A stretch of 64,000 nt of DNA from Tubulanus polymorphus (Eukaryota; Animalia; Nemertea): positions 3,328,778 to 3,392,777 of the forward strand of contig NC_134030.1 of assembly GCF_964204645.1 (NCBI RefSeq), in the 5' to 3' direction. Below the pieces are notes generated by a model. That model did not search any database and was not told where the DNA came from. It saw only the letters and a list, made by a program, of their open reading frames with translations. Below, piece after piece: positions 22,869 through 35,200 of the stretch. Both the position numbers and the translations under genes were made by a program. Every line of letters begins with the position of its first letter. Position 1 is the first letter of the stretch.

Positions 22869-25019
22869 TCAGAATATACGGGCGTACGATATAGAATGTA
22901 TTTCTTCAAATTTCTTACGTATTTTTCTACGCACCGTCATTGTCTTGAACTGTTGTTGCGGTTCGTCACAGAATGGTTTTATCGAGCGGATTCTATCAAT
23001 GATGGAAGGCAACGAAACCGCTTCTCCTCTAAATAGTGTTTCCGTTACCTTTGTTTTCTTCTCTGCTGGTAAATACAACAATCTTTATTTGATGAAGTGC
23101 TGACAACGATTATTGAGAGATTGACACAGACGAAGAGAGAATACAGAGTTGAAGGAACTCGGAGAGAGAGAAAGGCGGAGAGTAGAGGGAAGATGAGTGG
23201 AAGAGAGAAGAGAGAGATAGACAACAGTGAAATAATGAGACCAATTGGAAGTGATAGAAGAATGGTGATAGTGACTGGGTTTGATAGTGACTAAATTCTA
23301 ATAGTTCGTTCTTTTATTTAAAGAAACTTAAAATGATCGTTACCGGGTACGTATAGAGTGGATTTGGGGGCTGGAACCGCTCGATGAAAAATTAGTTCCA
23401 CCCAAGCTAACAACGTAGTTGTCCTTTCATTTACTAACTTACTAGACACCATTATAATCTATGTTTAAACGTCCATGGTTATCAACAGAAAGTATACAGA
23501 GGTTTTATGAGCATCCAATTTCCAATTTTTTGCCCAGACCCAGTTCCAACTTAGTTAAAAACGAACCCATCTACACATTCCTCACAATACGAGCCGGCGG
23601 TTGCTCAAAACTTGGTTGGAGTTAACCAGTGGATAAATTGCATTGTCACCATCGTATTTGTTCCAACAGCTCTAACGAATTTTTCAGCGAACGGCCCCTG
23701 ATGGTTACAAGAGTTCGTATAACAACATTTTCAGCACAAAGTTTTACCTGCTGGAAAAATTTTTGAAAAATCTGGTCCCAGACGTTTAATCGTAAAACTA
23801 CTGAATCTGCAACATTTTCCGAATGTAACATTCATATCCATGAACGGAAAGGGGTTATACCGATACGTGGCTGATGCTATTTGCTGTTCTGTCGAGATGA
23901 AGTTTTTTTTCGTCATCTTCTGTCCTATTTACATGATATACATTTTATATATACAGATGATTTTGATCACTATAGATTCAGAGCGAAAACCAAGAGTCGC
24001 GTAAAGACCCCTACGTACGCAAGAAACATCGTGCACGGTCAGTGATCTTCCATTCCAGTGATTCGTCCAACTTAATGTTTTGACATTTTCCACCGGGTTG
24101 GCCCTTGTATTGCATTTGCAAAACATGCTATCAAAATTAAACAAAAAGCAATGATGATTTAACGATCTAATTCATTTAAAGAAGAGTTTTTGAATGAGAA
24201 ATCTTTACCGAATCTAGATTTGCATATACGTCAAGTAGAATGTGTTTTCGATAATCCCTTGTTCGTCTGGGCGAAATTGTGCCAAGATCAACTCGGTAGT
24301 GATTTCTATATGTATCAATGAACAGCCTGAAAAATTAACGTCTAATTTTGACGAAACCTTTAATTACAAAGTCCAATAATATTCAACGAGCACACAAAAA
24401 TATGGATGAATCTTTACGGCTCAATTTCTATGAAAGATTGTCTGCTAAAATGGCTCAATAATCAGAGTGGTCACTTTTATATGGCTTGCTTTTTTCTCCT
24501 GACATGTACATTATATTTCCTGACTTGATCCGCTAAGAATCCAATCCAACACAGTCAAATACGTAAGACATAGACAGTAACGGTACGCGCGATCTTTCTA
24601 GCAATCTCAACAAACTTACCTGTATACTTCCTGACATCGTTAAAGAAAAGAAAATTCCACCTTCCCAGGCCACCCTAATTATTGAATATACCAGTTCTAC
24701 AGTTTGACATCCTGAGTAGTTCATTTCCGAATATGTGGCTATAAATTTCTAACAATAAGTTTCTAATTTTGCTGGTTATTCATTACCTTCCGTAGAGTTT
24801 GATTTCTGGGTTCTTTGCTTTAAGCAAGTTCTTGAATGTGACTTCATAAAGTACGATCATCGATTTCGGAAAGCAGCCGCATTGTGAGTCCACAAACCGC
24901 AGTTTACTGGTAACAAAATCGTTGATCGGCGAAACTTCCACCGGTTTTGTTTGATTAATTGTGGCTGAATTCGGGGCTATAAACCCCATCAATGAAACTA
25001 CCAGTAACAAACGATTCAT
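22869..25019 (-). CDS. Secreted protein, probably a divergent ependymin-related protein; exons 24787-25019, 24209-24326, 24019-24127, 23748-23924, 22869-23065; 277 aa
   Basis: Five exons join in frame with GT-AG; signal peptide MNRLLLVVSLMGFIAPNSA. The pattern CGCFP...GRLFIDTYRNHYRVD...KCQNIKL...KCC...IKPFC resembles ependymin family architecture (recalled, not searched). Confidence 0.65.
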
Positions 25020-26371
25020 TCTGGAATCTAAATTCGTAAAATACCTTAGAAAAATAAAGCATGTTGAAATGGGTACTTGGCATCTATCACTTGTGAAATC
25101 ATGCAAAAAATTGAAATTATTTGAAATAACAGGTTTTGGCTTCATTGACTAGCTTATCTTGAACCCAAAGGCCCAACGTTGTTCAAAGTCAAGGCTTACA
25201 TTTAAGTACAGTCTTATGTATCATTATTTAACGAATAACAGTCTTAGCAATAGAGCAATGAAGATCAGTCCTTATAGACTATTTTCGACTTCATTCTCGA
25301 CGGTGCAACAGAACTCAAAGGACTAACGGAATTAACAGTATTGCGAATTGAGCGCCACCTTAAAATCAAAATTAGAACAACCATTAAAACATAAACAGGA
25401 ATCTGAATATCCAATCATGTACTTCTATTTAAACAAAATATTCTATGAATTCGACCGCTGATCACACTATCTGTGATTTCCGACTTCAAAATCAAATCCC
25501 CTGTTTCGCTCCCAGCAAATCAGAACAAATCAGACCAAATCCTCCAACCAAATGAATAACAGGGACAATCCCTATGTTAAGACAAAACACTAGCCCACCC
25601 CCTTAACTTGTAGCCGTGTAGCCCCATTATCCTGATACATTTTTTTTCGTCTAATCATACTTATTATATCGTTCAATAATGTAACATCGTAATGAAAATA
25701 AATTTCAATTTCAATTTCAAAAACTTCAGACATGACCAGAAGAAGCCAATCTGAATAAACTCATCAAACCACAAACCTACCTCTAACGTGTTCTGTTGTA
25801 AACTATTGATGCTCTGAATACTGGACCTGTTTTTTTTTGTTATTGACATTTCTATTATATATCATATCGTTCGCTAAATAATGTTATATAATGCCTAGCA
25901 AACTAGAGCATAATCATTGTAAACGTGTAAACCAGGGTAATATGTCTGGAAATAACATTTCTGCGTTACGGAAAACATCACGACCAAAATTGATAATTAT
26001 TTAATGAATTTATTACGCACCACACAATGATGAAGGGAGAGGGAGATGGCTTTGGTGATATCGCTTTATTCATCGTTGGTATCGAAAATGCATTGAAATT
26101 TTATATACGAAATCACAATCAAGGCGCTGCCTCGGCATCCCAATATTTATTTCACTAAAACCAAATCTTGGTATTCGAGGATATAACATTAAGCGATTAC
26201 AATAGTTAGTAAAAATTGTGGAGAAAGTGTTAACAAATTTGTATACATAATATTTACAGATATAAGAATTGAAAAGAGAAAAACAAAATTGCAGCGCGAA
26301 CGAAACAATGCTCATTTGAGCATATAAGACCAGTTCGCAACGACAGATCTACAGATCTGAGTGCACTTTTG

Positions 26372-26516
26372 CCGTCAAGTGCTGCCTCTATACATATAGA
26401 CGGCGGTGAAAAGGTGAACTAACTTATTTCTCGCGTGCCCCAGTAGGAATAACGCGATGTCTAGTTAGTTCACATTTTTACCGCCAATGTTATACATAGC
26501 GGCAGCACCTGACGGT
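26372..26516. repeat. About 145-bp imperfect palindrome (MITE-like)
   Basis: ccgtcaagtgctgcc...ggcggtgaaaaggtgaactaact / agttagttcacatttttaccgcc...ggcagcacctgacgg. Confidence 0.75.
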
Positions 26517-26773
26517 CAAATCTGACACGGCAAATTGAAACTGCCGAAACATCTAACTTTTGATGGTAAGCTAGAGTCCGATATCCGTTTATCCTAACAT
26601 AGAAACAAGGCTCTAGAATAAATCATGGGGTTTGTATTTCGCTACATTACACAGAATACATGTACAGTACTTTTATTTCATGAGAAACAAAGCAATAGAA
26701 TCAGTCGTGGAGTTCGTGTTTGGATTTCAAAACTTCTAACTTCACATATTTTCCTTAAGGGGGGAAAACATCA

Positions 26774-26884
26774 GGGTCCAGTTCCACAGTTCTGAGTTAA
26801 GATTTGACTCTGGGTTAAAACATTGAAAATGAAATAACTTTAACTCAAGAGTTAACTCTGACTCACAACTGTGGAACTGGGTCC
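26774..26884. mobile_element. About 110-bp palindromic MITE (GGRYCCAGTTCCACAG family; related copies near 34975-35080, 38672-38772, 58938-59312, 63426-63536)
   Basis: gggtccagttccacagttctgagtt ... actcacaactgtggaactgggtcc. Confidence 0.85.
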
Positions 26885-28440
26885 AAGGAAAAAAATTCAA
26901 ACAAACCAAAAATATTTATAATATCCTTAATAACTTTATTATGCAACGTAAAAATGGCGTCACTTAAAATTCTTCAAAGTTATGAATTCTATTTCAAAAA
27001 CAAATTAAATTCATCTGGGATTAAGATATAATTTCTGCTTATTTCTAAAATCTGAATAATTTCACTCTGGTTTTCGTAAAGAAATCTATGAACATTTCAA
27101 CGCTACCTAATTTCTAATTTCAATGAAAAAATTCTTAACTATTTCCCGTTGCTTTTTATCACTAGTATTTATCAAAATACAGCAGCAGTTGATATATCAT
27201 TGAGGCGCTGTGCTGTGTGTACTATGTTTTTTCTCATCAAAACGAATAAACAAGATTTAAAAAATAGCGGGAAATAATACAGTAATTACGCAATCAATGA
27301 TAATCATATCTTCAAACCGATGCAAATAGCATTGACCGAGTAAAAAGAGTTGATGAATTGTAGGTTAAGTTGTGTTGATACTAGACGTTGTTGTCTGAAT
27401 CATACCATAAGAGTATTCAGTTAGTCTAGTTCTATGAAATGATTAAATCACATTTTTGAAGGGAAACCGACCACAAAAACCGAAACTCTCAACCGTAAAA
27501 CATTCGAAGAAGGTAACTGGAACAAAGACCTTTCTTCATTGTGACTGATTCCTTCAATAATCTCCAGTTTCAAACGTTTCCCATAAAATTATCTATTCAT
27601 CTTTTTACGATGATAAACTAAACCACCATTCTCAATACTCAGTTCACAGTTACAGACAGAAACAGAGAGCTGAAGTCACTTCTATCGAGTGAAATTCCAA
27701 TCAACAACTGTGGAACATATAAACATGAAACTGATACATACATAGAATATCAAGTTAGAAGAACTTCGCTTTTGTTGTATAAATAAATAAAATAAATATT
27801 TAAAACTATATCCCCATTTCCAAAATAAAATATAATTAAATGTATACGTACTACTAATAATCACCTTGTTAAAGTACATTTTTTAATAACCTCACGTTTT
27901 TTAGATTAAACTAAATTCATGTTTTAACATATTCAAATGTAAAAGCAATAAATATTTACACAATATAAACCAAATTACAAACATCAGATAGTTACTTTTT
28001 TACTTTTTGAGTCGAGAAATAAAGCATATTCTTACAAACTCTAGAATTTTTTGATTACATGTATTATCAAATTGAGGTATAAAAGTTCACACAAACCTAA
28101 CGCAATAACAATTTATTGAAACTTTGAGGAGCAGGGAAAAGGTTAACACCTGAACTACGATAAAAACATTTGTTTTCTATTTCGAGAATTCTCAACTTTC
28201 ATAATACAAGCAGTAGAGGTATAATCTGCATCAATACTGAGAGAATTCAACTCTGTTTAAAGTTTGAGCTTAATCGTTAAATATGATGAATATAGTGATA
28301 TGTGTTTCTAATGTGAGTCGCAGATGTAGTCCTGTGAGTCTCAGCGTACAGTACAGCGTCACATGAGTCCAGCAGTGTATAGTCGCGAGAGTCGTAGCTG
28401 TGAGTCCCAATGATGTACAGTCGACTCTTAGTTGATATGT

Positions 28441-31400
28441 CTAAACAGACGATTCCAATGACGTTGAATTGTGATCTTGTTCGGGTTCGAGATCAAACCT
28501 ATAAATAAATATCTTGAATTAGTCATACACCAATAGGATATACTGAAAATCAGCAACAGGTGGCCACAGTGAAAATGTCAAATTTGCAGCTTGTCCATAC
28601 AGCTTTTATTTGACTTGCTCTATCCCTGACTAGAAAGTAGTTTTCCCTGGCTCGAACAGCAAAGAATCCAATTAAGTAATACAGTTACATTCATACGACA
28701 TACCGGGACGCGCAATCTAGCGATCCCATCAAATTTCATATTTTTTTTTACAAAATTCCCTTTTTTTCTAAGAAATTAAATTCCCTGACTTTTCGGTGAT
28801 GTCTATCTAGGTAAGTGGCGCCACCCTGTGAGGGTAATAATACTAACCATTCAGTAAGAGCTTTAGTTAAATCAGTAGTGCCGAGATTAATCAGAATCTG
28901 TCCCATTTCATGTCGCGCCATTGAGAATACACTGACCGAGTTCTTCACGGCTATATCCAGTTGACACGATTTCAAATCAGTTTCATTAACGGGAAACTCA
29001 AATCTATCGATAAATAATCAAATAATCATCACAATCTAAAACAGGTAGAAATTGTTGTAATGTGTTGCGAATAAAGACCTGGAGCATCAAACACACAATG
29101 GAAGAATTGAGATATTTAGAACATTAAAAATTTTGAAATTTAACTTTGACCACAGTTCACTACCTTACATTTTCGTATATGGAATATGAACATTACAAGC
29201 TTAACACGCATGTATATCTACAAAGGGTTGACTTGTGAACCAATCAGAGTTTACTATAGGGGGGGGGGGTAAGAAACCTTTAAATTCAATTCTTTGAGGT
29301 AATTTTCTAATTTCTTACATCTTAAAACTGAAGTTAAAAATTCATAAATTTTAAAATGGCTTACGTTTCATCAAACACCGGGTTCAACGTGTTCTTTTTA
29401 GTTTGAGTTTTCTTTTTTCCGATCGTATTTTTCTCAGGAAGCAGATAAATTCGGACGTACGGGTCGGCGAGTCGATCGTCATCGCAAGGAACCAAATTAC
29501 TAGAAATAGAAACATGTATTAATAAATAGAGTTGATAAACCCAAAACTAGGGACTAAACTGATCAATCATCAATAAGAATGAGTGAGGAGAATGTGTTGA
29601 TACGTACATGCATTTATGTATAACAACCACTAAACGATTTCTCTGTTGGCTGTATCTAAGTGTTAGCTGTATACGCCCGAGACCATTTGAGCCTGCCGTC
29701 TGTTCGCTTGTGCTGAAAATAACACATACACATCAGTTAACAAACATTTACACATTTTCTGTCGTTTCAACAAAAGTGAAATGTTCTGAAGAACTTGTTC
29801 TCAATGAAGATATTCTCTAAATTCAACGATCATCAAAGATGTTCAACTTCACGGAATATTTTCTGATTTTTCACTCTGTCACAAGAGGCGCCAGTTTTAG
29901 TTATTCCTACCAATCATTACATAGGAAATAGTCTGGGAAAAATTCAGCAACATTTCATAGAGTTACCTTCGAAAACAGAACAAAAATTATTCATTTTCAC
30001 AAACACCAAAACCACCTATACAATCAAACCCGGTTAAGTCATCATCAGATAAGTCGTCACATTGTAAGTTGAGAAGATACACGATATCTATGTAAGATGA
30101 ATACATGAGAAATCGCACAATAATTCGGCCAAAGATGTCAAGTTCTTGAGTAAAAGATGGTCCATCTACGCCATCACTACACAAGTTTCAGCCATCATCA
30201 TCATCATCAGGGGTAGACTACAACGGTGTACTGATGATGCCTTCAAGTTATACAAATATATATCCCTTTTACTCAAGTACTTTACATCTTTGGCTGAATA
30301 ATTGTGGGATTTCTCTTGCAAGTTGTCACATTATTCAAGTCATCACAACTTTTTCGTGTAGGCCTAATTCAATTCACTGAGTGTAAGTCATTATTTGGAT
30401 AAGTCATCGGCATAGTGACTGTCCCAGCTTGACAACTTAAACGAGATCGACTGTACGATTGTTCAGTAATTCTAGAGATTTTTCAGCACAATCATCTCAC
30501 TGAATATTGATCGTTAAATTGGACAATCATTTCGTGAAATCAATTCCGTAAGTGTTTCATTGATTATAATTGGTTTTAACTGGAAGAAAAATGTGCTACG
30601 AATTAAGTTGAAGGGAAAGGAACCCACGAAACCTAACATTGCTCTTACCCCTTCCGTCTTCGCGAGAATCCTCGTAAAACTTTTCGTCTTTTTACAGATA
30701 TTAAATATCATACAATACGTACAAATCTTTAAGCATCAAGCATCGAAACAATTCATTTATTTATCAGTTACAAAGATTGATTGATTGATTTTATCGAAAT
30801 CAGATATTGAAATCACGATGAAGTCTCTAACCACGCGCGGTCATCACGTGTAAAATAAGAGTTTAAGTTTCTGCGAAGAAGAACGGAAAGACAGTGGTCC
30901 ATTCGCGATTTGGAATCTTACTGTTTAGAGAACCACCTAAAGAATAAACAGAGTTCTCTTCAGTGAAGATGCCGCAACCGAGTTACTTAAACTTGTAACA
31001 AAATAAATTGCCCATGGGCAAAGTGTGGTTTACCTTGAAAGCTAGAGGTTGTTTGGAGTAAGGGCATTGCTTGAAAAATCTTTTTAATTCGTGACTTCAA
31101 AGATCCACAGTTTATATTGTATTTTATCTTTCCTAAAGAATTATTTTGTAGTCAAATAAGACCAAAGATATACATTTGTTTGCGGTCCACGTCTAAAAGT
31201 TTGTAGGGTACAGGTAGGCACGGCAGGGAAACTATTTTATATTTTCAAAAAAATATGTTTAATATAATATGAAAAAATATTCAAATAAGGCCATCCCAAA
31301 ATAATTGTCTGTTTGCTGCAACACCGACTCAACTTTTCAGGATGAGTTGGTAGGTAGGTAGAATTTTTTTTTTGCAAAATTTTTGGGCAAAAAAAAAACA

Positions 31401-32180
31401 AATTTTTCACCTTTGGGCTTTTTTACATGGAAACAATATCGCAAAAAATCATCTACGTTGTGCACAGGAAATTTGTCTAATAGCGTAGATTTCAAGAATT
31501 ATTCTAAAATTATAACTTCGTCCAGAGCGTCATCTCTGTCTTAAAAATGAAACGGTACATTGAATATGTGCGCGCTTTCACGTTACCAGCTATTCAGTCA
31601 CTTTAGTCACTATTAGAATGAATGGCAGCTTATTGGAACACTGCCAGTTTCCTGGAAACTTAAACTAGGCCACATGTCAAGGCATGTTTTCACACCATGC
31701 ACACTAGAATTCAAACATACGTAGCTCATAGTCGGTCGGCTGTTTTTATCAAAAATAAAATTTATTTCAATGAATCCTAGAAAAAAGTTTTCACTCGGTA
31801 CCTCTGAAGTCAGGTTGGTCGGGTTACGGCAAACAGACCATTATTTTGGGATGGCCTAAAATTCATCACATATCAGAGGGTGGCTGAATATTGGGTCTTG
31901 GAAACCTCTTCCAATGTTGGCCACGGAAGCTAAAATATGGGTGGTACAGAAGAAATCGGCTATTAGATCGTTTTAAGTCCTGGAATTTACCACTACAATA
32001 TTCAGACCTCGACAGACCTTTTAGTTTGCTGCTTAGTATTTTCAGGTCACAAGAAATTACAATTTATTACAAATTCTATCGAACAGAAAACACAGCGCTC
32101 ATCTTCTGCTATGATTATTCAGCCTATTTTCATATCAAACGTTCACGCGTTACAGCATCACCGTAGTGTACTGTACGAGC

Positions 32181-32216
<36 letters not shown>

Positions 32217-35200
32217 TGTAGCACTCCGCGTGCATGTGGAGGCCTCGTGTAAGTGAATATTCGCTTACACCTCAATGTCAATCAAAACAATCACCGGGTA
32301 TTAAAATGAAACAATACCTATGGCAGATGAGTGAAATAATTACATCCTCACCAGCAATGAGCATTTGAAATCGGCACGTATACGGCACCTAGTCCAATGA
32401 AACGTACACCATTCTATGGCTTTCCCATAATTTTAGTAGCGCCGGAATTCCCCGTATATCCAAAAAACAATCCCATTTGTTCGTAGAGACAACGCCCCCC
32501 CAATCGAGGTCATTGCAATTTTATACGCGAGAGCTAAGAATTTTCCCGCCAAAAACAGTTTTTCGTAGAATTTTAACTCAGTTGACCATGTCATCGACGG
32601 AGGTTCGCCATGTCTTCAATCGCATCGATTATACGTCTTTTAAGCCGAGAACCAATGAAACAAATGCTCACATAAAAAAACGTACCGCGATTTTACATGA
32701 ATTGGCTCAATGCCAACATCATATCGCTGACAAAGGTAAACCAAAAACATGCAAAGCATTTGAGAATGGTGCAAACCAGAGAGATTTACTCCCACCTCAT
32801 GCAGTACCAACCCCTTCCTCCTTACAGCCCCCTTCCTCACATCCCCTCTTCACAGGCTTAGAAATATTTTCGATTCTAACCTACAGATACGCGCTATAGT
32901 GCTTATTTGACTCTCTGATCTATCAACAAAAACAGCCTGTAATCTTAATCGTGCCATCATCAAAAATCTGATTACAAGTCGTGAAATGAGTGGAGCAGAA
33001 TTTCAGACTCTATTTCATGTACAAGTTTACCAGTTCAATCGAGGAAAAATCCACAATTAGGAGGTAAAACTAAGAGTGGTGATGTTTTGACTCAATTCTA
33101 TGAGCTATTTCCAAAACTAAGAGAGTAGTGACGTTTAGACTCAATTCTGTGAGCCATTTTCAAAACTGCTCAGAGAATTCTGTTGAAACGTCTGTTGATA
33201 TAGTAGGTTTTTTCTTCTATTCGGTAGTTTATTTGCAAGACATTGTACAAAGAGTACCCAGACCATATTAAAACTTATAAGTCACGGTATATATTCTTTC
33301 ACTTGATTCTGAAAATAAAAACATGTTCTATCTCCGAGACTATCTAATAAATCTATTCAGTCACTTGTCTATGGAAACCAACAACTAGCTTTGTGAAACC
33401 AGCCTCAGATTATTGATGAATATAAACAATTCAATCTTGATGATGAATCTTTATCGAGATGTTGTTGAGTTTTACCTGTTGAAACTAGATTTACGGTTGA
33501 TACTGCGTTGTCGAAGCTCCGTTGGTTCATTCTCAGTTTTACCGGCTTCAGTCGATTTGACGACCTCTTCTTCGATATTTCCGTTTATCTCGTCAGTTTG
33601 CGGCGGCGGAGCGTCTTTAGTCGTCGGGCTGCTGGAAGGAGTCGATGTCGGGGAAGATGTTTTGATTAAGTCTTCGTTCGTTTCTTCACTGTTTTCTTCA
33701 TATGGTTTTTCAGCCGTCAATATCTACATATATCAGAATGTTTATTAGCGAGTGTAGTAAAACAGGGGCGGATCTATAGGAGATCTTGAAGGTCGAGGTC
33801 CGGAAGGAAAGAAATAGCATTTTTCAGATGAAGCAGCCACGTCAGAGCGGGGCGCCACTCTCCGTATTAGATATTTCATAAGAAATACATTGGAAAATAT
33901 GAAATTTCCGAAATCATGAGTGTCAACAACCAGACGCCTGAGACCACCCCTAAATCTGCCCCTGTAATGAGGACTGTGTATATACCGTATTTGTGGTTTC
34001 AAACTTCAGAAACGACTACTAAGAGTCTGCAGTGAAGAGTGGGAATTTTGACACATAGAGGGCGAGGTAGGCAGTGAGATGGGGAAGGAGGGAGGTCGTG
34101 ACAAGGAGCAGGAGAGGGGAGGGAGACAAGGGGGGGCAGATGGAGTGGGAGAGGGAGCAGGAAAGGGAGTCAGGGAGATGGAGAGAGGGAACAGAAGAGG
34201 GAGAGGGATAGATACATACCCTCATACACAATCTCATAGTGACTGTGCTATTAGCTCCCGAATCTCTGAGTACGAACGGCTGTTCTTGTGTCATATTGGG
34301 TTCAGTTAGCAGTAGTTTCAGAGGAACGTACATCTTCCCCAATGATTCGCCGCTTTTCTTATCCTTTATCTAAAACAAAACAAACAGAAATAAGCAAAAA
34401 TAGTCGAATCACGATTCATTGATGAATGATGGTAATTCTGAATACCGACCTCTACGTCGAGGTTTTGAATATTGGGATCATTGACGAGGAATTTGAAATG
34501 TTCGTCCCATGTCGGATCCGGTGTATTCAATTTCACGGCGCTTTCGGCTTCTTTATTTCCGGTAACGGATAACACGGCGTACGGACTCGGTTCACCGGTC
34601 TTACGAGAAATCTAACGGCAAAAAATAATCAACAAACAGAAAAATATCAGTTCCACGAATCCGTCAAGAAATACAAATAATATTTCAGTTTCGATAAGAA
34701 GAAATGATTCATACAGACTTAAGAATCGCAAACAAAAGAGAGAAATTTGATTAATTCTAGGGCAATATATCACGTAATGAATTAAATCATTTTACTGCAA
34801 AGAATGAGATTCATTCAAAATAAACTAATCAAACTGAATAATGATACATAAAATTAAGATTAAAAGACAAATCTTGATTTCACACATGAGACTAATGTTG
34901 TACGGCATTGTTGAGAACATAAGGATTTGTGACAATGATTATGTATGGATTCCATGATCAGTAGAACTATCCCTGCACCTAGTTGTGCAGTTCTGTGTTA
35001 AGATTTAACTCAAGATTCATCGAAAATGAACTAATCTTATTTCAGAGGTAACTCTAACACGAAACTGTGGAACTAGGTCCTGTATATACAAGATAATGTT
35101 ATTCTTTATATCCTGGGATAGCGGTACCAATTATTGGACTCATACATTATCAATTGTCACAAATATCATAAATATTTCATGTATATCTAGATAGATAAAC

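Noticed and set aside
23097-23294. GA-rich ORF and its hydrophobic antisense frame
   Set aside because: Low-complexity purine tract inside an intron of the ependymin-like gene.
24533-24750. ORF MNYSGCQ... with a gtaag donor
   Set aside because: Phase-incompatible with the upstream exon, and it would need a 37-nt intron; the gene reads through without it.
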